DNA of 64,000 bases from Bacteroidota bacterium (lineage in GTDB: Bacteria > Bacteroidota > Ignavibacteria > Ignavibacteriales > Melioribacteraceae): contig JAEXUB010000108.1 of assembly GCA_023453125.1 (NCBI GenBank), forward strand, positions 4,694 through 68,693, in the 5' to 3' direction. Each line of letters begins with the position of its first letter. The first letter of the stretch is position 1. A model generated the notes under the pieces. That model made no database searches. It was not told the origin of the DNA and saw only the letters and a list, made by a program, of their open reading frames with translations. Shown here in pieces: positions 55,037-63,799 of the stretch. The translations under genes were made by a program, and so were the position numbers.

Positions 55037-56160
55037 TAACAGAACAGATAGCTAAGAAGCCGGAACATCCAAGCGGCGACGTTATAAGCACAGAAAGGGA
55101 TAATAATTCCATTATTCACATTCTGTGCGACGGCGCCGGCTCGGGCATTAAAGCCAATATTACGGCAACAATGTATGTCTCGAGAATAAAAGAATTAATC
55201 AGACGCGGTTTTTCAAAGCGAGAAGCATTTGCCAAAATTGTAAACTCGGTTGAAGAAAGCAAAAAGAAGGAACTCCCCTGTGCTTTCTTTACTCTGGTGC
55301 GGATTCTCAACGACGGCGTTGCTTCTATTCTGATGTATGATATGCCCGAACCTCTTTTTGTATGTCAGCGTTATTCAACCCCGTTAAAGAGCAGCAGCCA
55401 GATGCTGTTCGGAGGGCTTGTACGGGAATCTAACTGTTCTCTTAATCTGGGAGAAGGAATTCTGATATTCAGCGATGGTATTACACAGGCAGGCATTGGA
55501 AAAGGAATAAATAACGGATGGGGCATTGAAGGTTTAAATAAATTTGTGAATGAATGCCTCCGCGGCGGTGCAAATATAACTGAGCTGCCTAAATTAATCA
55601 TAAGCGAAACGAAGAAGCTATGGAAACATAAATGCGAGGATGACTGCTCCGTTTCCCTTATCTACTGCCGTAAAGGAAGAGTAATTAATATCCTCAGCGG
55701 CCCCCCTGCCAATCCAGACGATGACCATGCAGTTGTGAACAAATTCCTTGGTATGGATGGATTAAAAATTATCTGCGGGGCAACAACGGCAAAAATTGCC
55801 GCCCGGGTAATGAACAAACAACTCGAAATTAATGATGAATTTGCAAGCATAATTTCTCCGCCGAATTATGAGATTGAAGGAATCGGGCTCGTTACCGAAG
55901 GAGCAGTAACATTAAACCAGCTTTATAATGTAATGGGAGAAGACCTTTCCCTTCTTGAAAAAGGGAGCCCTGTAACAGCACTTTCGGCCTGGCTCAATGT
56001 TGCTGACAGAATTAACTTCTTTGTCGGGACTGCCGAGAATCCTGCCGGCTCAGACATAAGTTTTAAACAAAGCGGCATTCTTCTGCGCAAAAAAATCATT
56101 AAGCTTATTATTGAGAAATTGAGAGAGGAAGGAAAATTTGTTTATCTGGAAGAATTTTAG
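55012..56160 (+). CDS. PP2C/SpoIIE-type serine phosphatase with unassigned ~160-aa C-terminal domain
   Basis: The N-terminal ~215 aa carry HPSGDVIS...ILCDGAGSGIKAN...IFSDGITQAG...DDCSVSLI (PP2C/SpoIIE-like metal-binding Asp pattern). The gene overlaps hydS by 25 nt in another frame. Confidence 0.7.
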   Translation: MGYLHLEVITEQIAKKPEHPSGDVISTERDNNSIIHILCDGAGSGIKANITATMYVSRIKELIRRGFSKREAFAKIVNSVEESKKKELPCAFFTLVRILNDGVASILMYDMPEPLFVCQRYSTPLKSSSQMLFGGLVRESNCSLNLGEGILIFSDGITQAGIGKGINNGWGIEGLNKFVNECLRGGANITELPKLIISETKKLWKHKCEDDCSVSLIYCRKGRVINILSGPPANPDDDHAVVNKFLGMDGLKIICGATTAKIAARVMNKQLEINDEFASIISPPNYEIEGIGLVTEGAVTLNQLYNVMGEDLSLLEKGSPVTALSAWLNVADRINFFVGTAENPAGSDISFKQSGILLRKKIIKLIIEKLREEGKFVYLEEF

Positions 56161-56190
56161 CTTTCTTCATAAGATATTACTAAAGCATAC

Positions 56191-56220
56191 AAAAAAGTCC
56201 GGCCTATAGCCGGACTTTTA
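56191..56220. terminator. Bidirectional rho-independent terminator between the convergent PP2C and REC-CheW genes
   Basis: A6, then GTCCGGC, a CTATA loop, GCCGGAC, then T4. The stem is flanked by an A-run and a T-run, so it can act on either strand. Confidence 0.8.
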
Positions 56221-56223
56221 ATT

Positions 56224-58167
56224 TCAGCCGTTTAGCTTATGTAACGGGGTTGCAAGGACTTCAACGTCAAGAAGTATATAAACGGAATCTTCGAGCCTTA
56301 CCACCGCCTTAATAAAATTGGCTTTCTGCTCCTGCCCGAACGAAGGGGCCATATCAATATCATCTGCTTTTACATCACATACAACATCAACCTCGTCAAC
56401 TATAAAGCCGACTCTCATTTTAACGCCGTCCAATTCCTCCTCAAGAATTACGATTCTGGTCTTTGACCCATATTCTGTATCCGGCATACCAATCTTAAGC
56501 CTAAGGTCAATAACAGGAACCACTGTTCCGCGCAGGTTTATTACCCCCCTTACAAAATCGGGAGTGTTAGGCACTTTTGTTATCGGAACAAGTTTAATAA
56601 TCTCAATAATCTTTAGAATTTCAATTCCGAATTTTTCTTTTCCTAAAGAGAATCTCAGATATTTCCCTTCCATATTGAGTAGTTCTTTAGTCTTAATATC
56701 TCCAAAGGCTTCCTCGCTTCTTCCGGCAAGTTTTTCAATATTCTGGGCAATATACTGCTCGCTTACCCTGCTTTTTGCAGCAGCCTTATCCTGATCCGAA
56801 CAGGCTTCATCCGCAAAGCGGCTGTCGACAAATTCATTCAGATTAATTATTGAACCAATACCCATTTTATCGTGCATATAATGCTGAATAAAATTGAGGT
56901 CTTCTTTAACCGGATAAAGGTTATTTGTCTTAATCCCCTTCGGCTCAGTAAGAACATTTTTTAGAATAGGTACTTTAAGCCCGAGTTCTTTTTTAGGGTC
57001 GAGGAATTCAACCGCAATTTCAGCTGCGTATCCCGGTTTCTGTTCAATTATTTTTCCCGCCTGAACAAGGTATTTAACAAATTCGTTAACAGCCTGAGGA
57101 TAATTATTTACAAAATCCTCCTGAACGGCGAGAACACAGCAGGGATGGTTTTCCCAAATTTCACTCGAAAGGAACTGCAGCTCTGCATTTCCCTGAGCAA
57201 TGGATTTTGTTCCGAGAGGCTCTGCAACCATAAATCCGCTTGCATCCGGATTTCCGGCCATAAATTCCCCCATTTTAATCGGCGCAACGACCTCGAACGG
57301 AACATCCACACCGCTCTGCCCGGTTACTCCCGGATTCAAACCCTGATTCTTAAAATATAAATGTCCGAGCATATTATGTATTGACATAGTGTGAGGGATA
57401 TAGAATGATTTATTTTTAAAATACTCAATCCCCTTTGTATCGTTTCCCATTTTATTTTTAACGCAGATGCTTCCGTTCCTGTGCGCAAAAAGAATCATCT
57501 TTAAGGGCACGCCGTAATTAAAAAGATCCATAGCCAGCGGTGCAAGAATAAATGCCGCATCTGCAGTTCCCTGCTCAAGCGATTTTGCAACGGCGTTCCA
57601 GCTTGGGAGGCATTCGGTTTCAAGTTCAAAATGTTTTGTTGTAATTTCATTCCTTTTAATAAGGTTTTTAAGAACGCCGAGTGTAAGATGGTCTGTGATT
57701 TGAATATGAATAGCCTTTATAATTACCTTACCGGAAGGGGCGATTCTTGATTCGCGTGAAATCGGCTTTTTCTCTTCTCCTTTTATTCCAAACGCCTCAT
57801 TTATTTTCTCATTAAGCTCATCTTTATTGAACGGCTTTGATATAAAACTGCTTACGCCGGCTTCAATAGCCTTCTCTACCTCTTTTTTCTCTCCTCTTCC
57901 GGTAGCCATTAAAAAAGGAATTTTACCCGTGCCCGTATTTTCCCTTACAAAACGGAGCAACTCAAAGCCATCCATAACCGGCATATTCCAGTCGCTTATA
58001 ATCAAATCATAATTCGGGTCCTTCTTAAGAATTTCTACCGCCTCACTCCCATGCTCTGCTTCGGTAACATTATTAAAGTCGAGCGAATTTAATGTTTTGA
58101 TTTCCATCTTCCTCATAACGGAAGCGTCTTCTACCAAAAGAATTTTCATATTCTTATTGAGTGCCAT
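56224..58167 (-). CDS. REC / NrtA-NasS-like (NitT/TauT-type) solute-binding domain / CheW fusion protein
   Basis: aa ~7-125 form a CheY-like REC (MKILLVED, IISDWNMPVMDG, SKPF). aa ~145-470 are NrtA-like (GFMVAEPLGTKSIAQG, ENHPCCVLAV). aa ~497-640 are CheW (VPNTPDFVRGVINLRGTVVPVIDLR). There is no signal peptide or TM segment. The start is either 58167 or Met7 (58149). Confidence 0.8.
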   Translation of the reverse strand: MALNKNMKILLVEDASVMRKMEIKTLNSLDFNNVTEAEHGSEAVEILKKDPNYDLIISDWNMPVMDGFELLRFVRENTGTGKIPFLMATGRGEKKEVEKAIEAGVSSFISKPFNKDELNEKINEAFGIKGEEKKPISRESRIAPSGKVIIKAIHIQITDHLTLGVLKNLIKRNEITTKHFELETECLPSWNAVAKSLEQGTADAAFILAPLAMDLFNYGVPLKMILFAHRNGSICVKNKMGNDTKGIEYFKNKSFYIPHTMSIHNMLGHLYFKNQGLNPGVTGQSGVDVPFEVVAPIKMGEFMAGNPDASGFMVAEPLGTKSIAQGNAELQFLSSEIWENHPCCVLAVQEDFVNNYPQAVNEFVKYLVQAGKIIEQKPGYAAEIAVEFLDPKKELGLKVPILKNVLTEPKGIKTNNLYPVKEDLNFIQHYMHDKMGIGSIINLNEFVDSRFADEACSDQDKAAAKSRVSEQYIAQNIEKLAGRSEEAFGDIKTKELLNMEGKYLRFSLGKEKFGIEILKIIEIIKLVPITKVPNTPDFVRGVINLRGTVVPVIDLRLKIGMPDTEYGSKTRIVILEEELDGVKMRVGFIVDEVDVVCDVKADDIDMAPSFGQEQKANFIKAVVRLEDSVYILLDVEVLATPLHKLNG

Positions 58168-58344
58168 TTTAACCCGCTTATATAAATGTTGTAATTATTG
58201 AATTGATTATGAACATATCTCATCAAGAATATTATCGTCAGAAAATTCATTTTTTTTAACTGAATTGGAGGAATAATTGGTTAAAAAATCCCTTAAAAAA
58301 GGGTAAAAATCAACTTTTACGGTTTCTTTATTCCCACCAATAAA

Positions 58345-58376
58345 TAAAAAAGGGACCCCTTCCCGGAGGTCCCTTA
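58345..58376 (-). terminator. Rho-independent terminator after pepP
   Basis: On the minus strand, AAGGGACC / GGTCCCTT (8-bp stem, 10-nt loop) is followed by T6. It lies about 20 nt downstream of the stop at 58398. Confidence 0.7.
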
Positions 58377-58397
58377 AAAAACTGGCAATTGGATTGG

Positions 58398-59789
58398 CTA
58401 AAATGCTTTTTCCCGTTCCGCTTCAATCTTTTCAACAGTCTTCGGCAATTCTTTTCCCAACAGGCGGGCTCCATCGGAAGTAATAAGATAATCTTCTTCG
58501 TTGCGGCATCCGCCAAAGTTTTTATACTCTTCAAGACGGTCGTAATTTAGAAACTCCATGAATTTCTTTTCACTGCGCCACTTGTCCATAAGCTCGGGAA
58601 TAAAATATATACCCGGTTCAATGGTAATTACAAATCCGGGCTGAAGTTCCCTTCCGAGCCTGAGTGATTTCAGACCGAACAGAGTGCTCTTCGCTTCCCC
58701 GCCGTAACCTACATACACCTCTCCCAGGTTTTCCATATCGTGCACATCCAGTCCCATCATATGTCCGAGTCCGCACGGAAAGAACATTGCATGTGCCCCT
58801 TCGTGAACAGCATCATCAAGGTTCCCTTTCATAAATCCCATTCCCTTCATTCCTTCTGCAATGAATCGGCAGGTGGAAAGATGAATGTCGCGGAATTTTA
58901 CTCCCGGCTTTAAGAGAGAAACTGCGTGATTATGGGCGCCTAAAGAGATATTATATACTTCCTTCTGCCTCTCGGTAAATTTTTTGCCGACGGGGAAAGT
59001 GCTTGAAAGGTCTCCGCAGTAATGGGATTCAACTTCCGCTCCCGAATCCAGGAGAAACATCTGCCCCTCTTCAAGAGTATTCCCGTAATAATGATTATGG
59101 AGAGTCTGTCCGTTCTTTGTTGCTATTATAGGGAATGAAAGATTCCCGCCTCCCGCCAATGCAGTCTGATGTACTTTTGCCATTACTTCATTTTCAGTCA
59201 TACCCGGCCTTGCATAGCGCATTGCTGCCAGATGCATCTCTGCGCTTAATACTGCAGCTTTGTTAATCTCTTCTACTTCCTCTTCCGTCTTTATATTCCT
59301 CTGGGAAACGACGCACTTAACAAGCTCAACCGAATAATTTTTATAAACTTCTGCAGGCGATATTCCCAGCCATTGATGCAGCTTAATAACATTATCCCCT
59401 CTGTATTGAGGCAGATAATGAATTTTTCTTCCTTTGGATAAAGCAGCGGCGATAAATGAGTCCGCTTCTTTTACAGGAGCGGAATTCTCAATACCGGCAA
59501 GTGACGAGCGGTATTTGATTGTGGGCTGAGGTCCCATCCACACTATATCGTCAATTGTGTAATCATTGCCGAAGATATAATCTTTTCCTTCATCGGCGTC
59601 TATTATTCCAACCAGCCCCGGAAAATCAATGCCGAAATAATAAAGAAAAGAACTGTCCTGCCGGTAATGGTATGTGTTATCGGTATAATTCATAGGGCTC
59701 TCATCATTCCCCGGAATAAGCACAATACCCGTTTTAATAAGCTCTCTTAATTTTTTTCTTCTTTCAACATAGGTTGATGCTTTAAACAT
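58398..59789 (-). CDS. pepP: Xaa-Pro aminopeptidase (M24B)
   Basis: Creatinase-like N-domain plus pita-bread metal ligand blocks (DSGAEVESHYCGDLSSTF, GLGHMMGLDVHD, TIEPGIY, RNEED). Confidence 0.85.
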   Translation of the reverse strand: MFKASTYVERRKKLRELIKTGIVLIPGNDESPMNYTDNTYHYRQDSSFLYYFGIDFPGLVGIIDADEGKDYIFGNDYTIDDIVWMGPQPTIKYRSSLAGIENSAPVKEADSFIAAALSKGRKIHYLPQYRGDNVIKLHQWLGISPAEVYKNYSVELVKCVVSQRNIKTEEEVEEINKAAVLSAEMHLAAMRYARPGMTENEVMAKVHQTALAGGGNLSFPIIATKNGQTLHNHYYGNTLEEGQMFLLDSGAEVESHYCGDLSSTFPVGKKFTERQKEVYNISLGAHNHAVSLLKPGVKFRDIHLSTCRFIAEGMKGMGFMKGNLDDAVHEGAHAMFFPCGLGHMMGLDVHDMENLGEVYVGYGGEAKSTLFGLKSLRLGRELQPGFVITIEPGIYFIPELMDKWRSEKKFMEFLNYDRLEEYKNFGGCRNEEDYLITSDGARLLGKELPKTVEKIEAEREKAF

Positions 59790-59804
59790 AACATTCCTCT
59801 TCTA

Positions 59805-61478
59805 TTATTGATTTGTCTGTTCCGGTTTCAGCTGCTGTACCTTAATATAAAAATTCGGGTCGGCTTTTATTTCCGCATTCACCTCCGCATTAATCTTTTT
59901 CCATTCCGCTGACGGAGTAAGCCATTTTTCTTTTCCGTTCAATGTTATTTTAACAGGCATTTTAAATCCGTCTACTACATTATTCCACCTATACTCGAGC
60001 ACATTTCCATCTGACCTGTATTCAAGCGCCGGTATTTTAACCGTGCGCAGATACTGATTAAAGAAGGGTTTTAAGTTCATTCCCGTTTCTTTGGCCATCA
60101 GGTTCTCAATCTGTTCCGTTGTTACTGTTTTATGATAAAAGACGGAACAGATTTTATTAATCATATTCCTGAATTTTTTATCGTCATTTACAATCTGTCT
60201 TAGTGTATGGAGCATATTTGCCCCTTTGGTATACATATCGCCGGAGCCTTCATAGTTCACATTATAAATTCCTACAACCGACCTGTCGTTGCGTATGCTT
60301 CTTCGGGTGCCTATGATATACTGGTTTCCCGCCTCTTTGCCGAAATGGAAATCGGTAAAAAGTGTTTCAGAATAGGCGCCGAAACTTTCGTGTATCCACA
60401 TATCTGCAATATCTTTGCTTGTAACGCTGTTGCCGAACCATTCGTGCGCCGATTCGTGGATAATTATAAAATCGAATTTCATTCCCCACCCCGAACCGGA
60501 TCCGTCACGGCCCCTGTAACCGTTCTTATATCCGTTGCCGTAAGTAACAGAACTCTGATGCTCCATCCCGGTATAAGACACATCTACCAGCTTGTAGCCG
60601 TCTTCATAAAACGGATAAGGGCCGAACCAGAATTCAAATGCATCCAGCATCCTTTTAACATCCTTAAACTGCTCCTTTGCTTTTTCAAGGTTTTCTTTAA
60701 GCACATAATAATCGCAGTCAAGAATCCCCTTTTTCCCCTTATATTTTTCGGAGAAATGAACATACGCGCCTATGTTCATATTAACGCAATAGTTGTTTAT
60801 TGGATTAGATACGAACCAGTTATACGTAGTAGTGTTATCGGAATTCTTTTCTATGGAGCGGAGCCTCCCATTGGAAACATCCATTAGATTGGAGGGCACA
60901 GTAATGCTGATAAGCATACTGTCCGGCTCGTCATACTGATGGTCTTTGCAGGGCCACCATAGACTCGCTCCGTCCCCCTGGCAGGTGGTGGTAATGTAAT
61001 GATTTCCCTCTGAATCCTTTTTCCAGGAGAGCCCGCCGCTCCAGGGAGGATTCTTGCTCACCTGAGGCTTGCCCGAAAATTCTACAGTTAGATTTTCAAT
61101 CTTTCCTTTCTTTCTTGCAGCCGGAAAATCAATAAACCAGGCATTGCCCTCCTTCCGGAAAGGAAGGTTTTTCCCCTCCTGTGTGATTTTGGTAATTGAC
61201 ATAGGGGCTTGCAGGTCTATCTGCATTACTTTATAAGAATCGAGCACCTTGTATTGGATTTTGTTTGTCCCCTTTATTGTGCTGTCATCGGGATTAACTT
61301 TAATGCTGAGGTGATAATACTTAAGGTCCCACCATACTCTTTCTTTTGTAATGGAACCTCTGAGAGTATCCTGCCGGTTAAAAGATTTTTTCTGCGGCTG
61401 AGCCAAAACAGAGCCGCCCGCAATAATAAAGGACATTAAAAAGAACGCCGGTAACCGGCGTAAAAATATATTTTTCAT
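59805..61478 (-). CDS. M1-family zinc metallopeptidase (aminopeptidase N-like), secreted
   Basis: HESAHEWFGN with the downstream Glu exactly 18 residues later (WIHESF). A GxMEN-like TGMEHQS motif and a signal peptide are present. Confidence 0.85.
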   Translation of the reverse strand: MKNIFLRRLPAFFLMSFIIAGGSVLAQPQKKSFNRQDTLRGSITKERVWWDLKYYHLSIKVNPDDSTIKGTNKIQYKVLDSYKVMQIDLQAPMSITKITQEGKNLPFRKEGNAWFIDFPAARKKGKIENLTVEFSGKPQVSKNPPWSGGLSWKKDSEGNHYITTTCQGDGASLWWPCKDHQYDEPDSMLISITVPSNLMDVSNGRLRSIEKNSDNTTTYNWFVSNPINNYCVNMNIGAYVHFSEKYKGKKGILDCDYYVLKENLEKAKEQFKDVKRMLDAFEFWFGPYPFYEDGYKLVDVSYTGMEHQSSVTYGNGYKNGYRGRDGSGSGWGMKFDFIIIHESAHEWFGNSVTSKDIADMWIHESFGAYSETLFTDFHFGKEAGNQYIIGTRRSIRNDRSVVGIYNVNYEGSGDMYTKGANMLHTLRQIVNDDKKFRNMINKICSVFYHKTVTTEQIENLMAKETGMNLKPFFNQYLRTVKIPALEYRSDGNVLEYRWNNVVDGFKMPVKITLNGKEKWLTPSAEWKKINAEVNAEIKADPNFYIKVQQLKPEQTNQ

Positions 61479-61536
61479 TCTGCCTTCCAGCCTTAATAAA
61501 AAAATCCAACTTAATTATGTTTAATAAGAACCGTTA

Positions 61537-62385
61537 TTATTTTATTTTTTCAGAAATCAGATTCAGATATTTCAATGCGGTATTATCATCGCCGCAATTA
61601 ATTATGCCGAAAATGTAATTATTCTTGACTGATAGATTTATTTTCCCGTCGAGGGGATTATTTAATACGAATTTTCCCTTTTGCGGTTCCGATACAGCTT
61701 CTCTGCCGGCTTCTTTTTTCCACTGCTCAAAAACAGCCCCGGCTTCGGCTGGTGAGATACACTTTATAATGAATGCCGAAAACTGAGTTTCGGTTCCGTA
61801 GCGAACAGTTGCAGCATTCTTAAGAAACGAGTGCCCCATAAAATTCTGCGATACATATTTTTCGCTGTTCTTCATTATAGCTTCTTCAGGAAAAAAGGAA
61901 AAAAGCTCCGGCATCGAATTCTTTTTAGCCAATCCAGCGCTTATTCTCGTGGCAATGGTTTCAAGTGCCTTTTGAGCATCTGCCCCTTTTGCGTGGGTTG
62001 TCATCTTTATATAATATTCCCCGTCAAGAAAATTGAGCACTCCTTCCTCGGAATACCCCTGGAGTCCCATATTAATAAATTTAAATCCCGGATCTCTTTC
62101 CTGAGAATACATTCCGAAAGCTTCATCCGGTCCGGCGTGCCGGTATAGCTCGGCCTTAACTTCAATCCCCTTATCATTTGTGTAACGGGCAAGATGCAAA
62201 TCAATAAAGGAATACTCAAGAAACAAGTCAGCCGCGCCGTTTATAAGATCCCATAAATTATTTGCGTCGTACACCTGTTCTTCAATCTTAAGGTCCCATC
62301 CGTCAACAGGGGGGAACAACGGTTTTTGAGCGTAAATGCCTGCCGCAAAAAAAACAATTAGTAAAAAAGGGAGAACATACTTCAT
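61537..62385 (-). CDS. Secreted protein of unknown function
   Basis: 282-aa ORF with a signal peptide (MKYVLPFLLIVFFAAGIYAQ). Coding-like composition, no motif I can assign. Confidence 0.5.
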   Translation of the reverse strand: MKYVLPFLLIVFFAAGIYAQKPLFPPVDGWDLKIEEQVYDANNLWDLINGAADLFLEYSFIDLHLARYTNDKGIEVKAELYRHAGPDEAFGMYSQERDPGFKFINMGLQGYSEEGVLNFLDGEYYIKMTTHAKGADAQKALETIATRISAGLAKKNSMPELFSFFPEEAIMKNSEKYVSQNFMGHSFLKNAATVRYGTETQFSAFIIKCISPAEAGAVFEQWKKEAGREAVSEPQKGKFVLNNPLDGKINLSVKNNYIFGIINCGDDNTALKYLNLISEKIK

Positions 62386-62394
62386 ATTAGGCTC

Positions 62395-63603
62395 CTATGC
62401 TAAAAATTCGGCCGGGACCGAGGTTATTCTTGACACATCTGCAATTCTTTCGGCGACTGAGAAACTCTTAGCACATTCAACAGTACAGCTGCTGCATCCA
62501 TCGCAAGGATTGCCTTTAATGCCGAGCGACACCAGTAATTCCTGAGCCTGCGCGGCATTTGCATAGCCGTAGGTATACATATACGCGCGCATTAATTCCG
62601 GTATGGGAAGGTTTTTGGAACACATCGGGAGGCAGGTCTGGCAAGCCTGACAGTAGAGTCCTTCCGGTTTCTGTTCAAGGTATACAATGTCTGCCTTTTC
62701 TGCATCGGTCATTGCAAGATCGAAATTAACGCTCATATTCTCTTTTAAATGGTCGAAATTGGTTATGCCGGGAATTGATGTACATACATTCTCATCCTGC
62801 ATTACAAATTTCAAAGCTGCTTTGCAGTTGATTGGCATTTTTCTTTCTTTATCGTGAAATCCACCGGCCATTGTTTTCATTGCCACAATACCAACTCCTG
62901 CCTGGGCGGCTTCTGCGATTGCCTTCTTTACTTCAGCATAATGTGCCTGCTTAAAATTCACCGATGTAAGCACAACTTCAAATATTTTACTTTCTATTAC
63001 CGCTCTTATAACCTCCGGCTCGTTCTTATGGGTGGATACTCCTATAAGTTTCGCTTTCCCCTCTTTCTTTGCCCTGGTTACGGCATTTAGAAGCTCAGGG
63101 TAAAGAACTCCATCCCTGTTGCTGAGAGCGTGGACATATAAAATATCTACATAGTCCTTTTTAAGCCTTTTAAGGCTTATATCTAGTCTGTCGAGGAATG
63201 CTTTTTCTGTAGTACCGGGTCCCACTTTACCGCTTCCCCTGTCCATATCTTCCGGCTGCACCTTAGTTGATAGAACTATCGAATCGCGCGGAACATCCTT
63301 AAAAATTTCCCCTATCATCTCCTCGTTCCTGCCGTTCTGGTATCCGTGCGCGGTATCAAAATGAACCATTCCTTCATTATAGGCGGCCTGCAGCAATGCC
63401 GGGCTGTCTGCACGCATAACACCAAAACTCACAATCGGAAGCTCAATACCTGTTTTCCCCAGTTTTCTTCTTATTATCTTCTTATCTTCCTTTGCCGTTG
63501 CAGCTGCAGCTGCCGAAGCAATTGAAGAAGAAAAGATAACTCCCGCACTGCTGAAAATAGTTTTTTGTATAAAATTTCTACGGTTATAGGTATTGCTGCC
63601 CAT
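62395..63603 (-). CDS. Aldo/keto reductase with Tat-type signal and C-terminal Cys-rich (Fe-S) region
   Basis: Twin-arginine motif NRRNFIQKT plus an Ala-rich h-region. The AKR core has FDTAHGYQNGRNEE, LKKDYVDILYVHA and IGVSTH. The C-terminus carries CQACQTCLPMC and CDGCSSCTVEC. Confidence 0.8.
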   Translation of the reverse strand: MGSNTYNRRNFIQKTIFSSAGVIFSSSIASAAAAATAKEDKKIIRRKLGKTGIELPIVSFGVMRADSPALLQAAYNEGMVHFDTAHGYQNGRNEEMIGEIFKDVPRDSIVLSTKVQPEDMDRGSGKVGPGTTEKAFLDRLDISLKRLKKDYVDILYVHALSNRDGVLYPELLNAVTRAKKEGKAKLIGVSTHKNEPEVIRAVIESKIFEVVLTSVNFKQAHYAEVKKAIAEAAQAGVGIVAMKTMAGGFHDKERKMPINCKAALKFVMQDENVCTSIPGITNFDHLKENMSVNFDLAMTDAEKADIVYLEQKPEGLYCQACQTCLPMCSKNLPIPELMRAYMYTYGYANAAQAQELLVSLGIKGNPCDGCSSCTVECAKSFSVAERIADVSRITSVPAEFLA

Positions 63604-63725
63604 ATTGCGCTCCCGATTTTTTAATAAATCATACTATAGAGGAAATAATTGTTAAAAATAGAATTTTTTTCGTTTAATGGAAACAGAGCAGTAAGATTTT
63701 GGAAGGGGGCACTCTTTAAGTTTGA

Positions 63726-63768
63726 AACAAAAAACGCGCTGAAAGGATATTGCATCCTTTTAGCGCGC
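63726..63768 (-). terminator. Rho-independent terminator after the bacterioferritin-like gene
   Basis: A ~13-bp stem (GCGCTGAAAGGAT / ATCCTTTTAGCGC, one non-Watson-Crick pair) with a 5-nt loop. It is followed on the minus strand by T6GTTT. Confidence 0.65.
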
Positions 63769-63799
63769 CGTAAAAATTCAATTCATATTTGTATATAGA

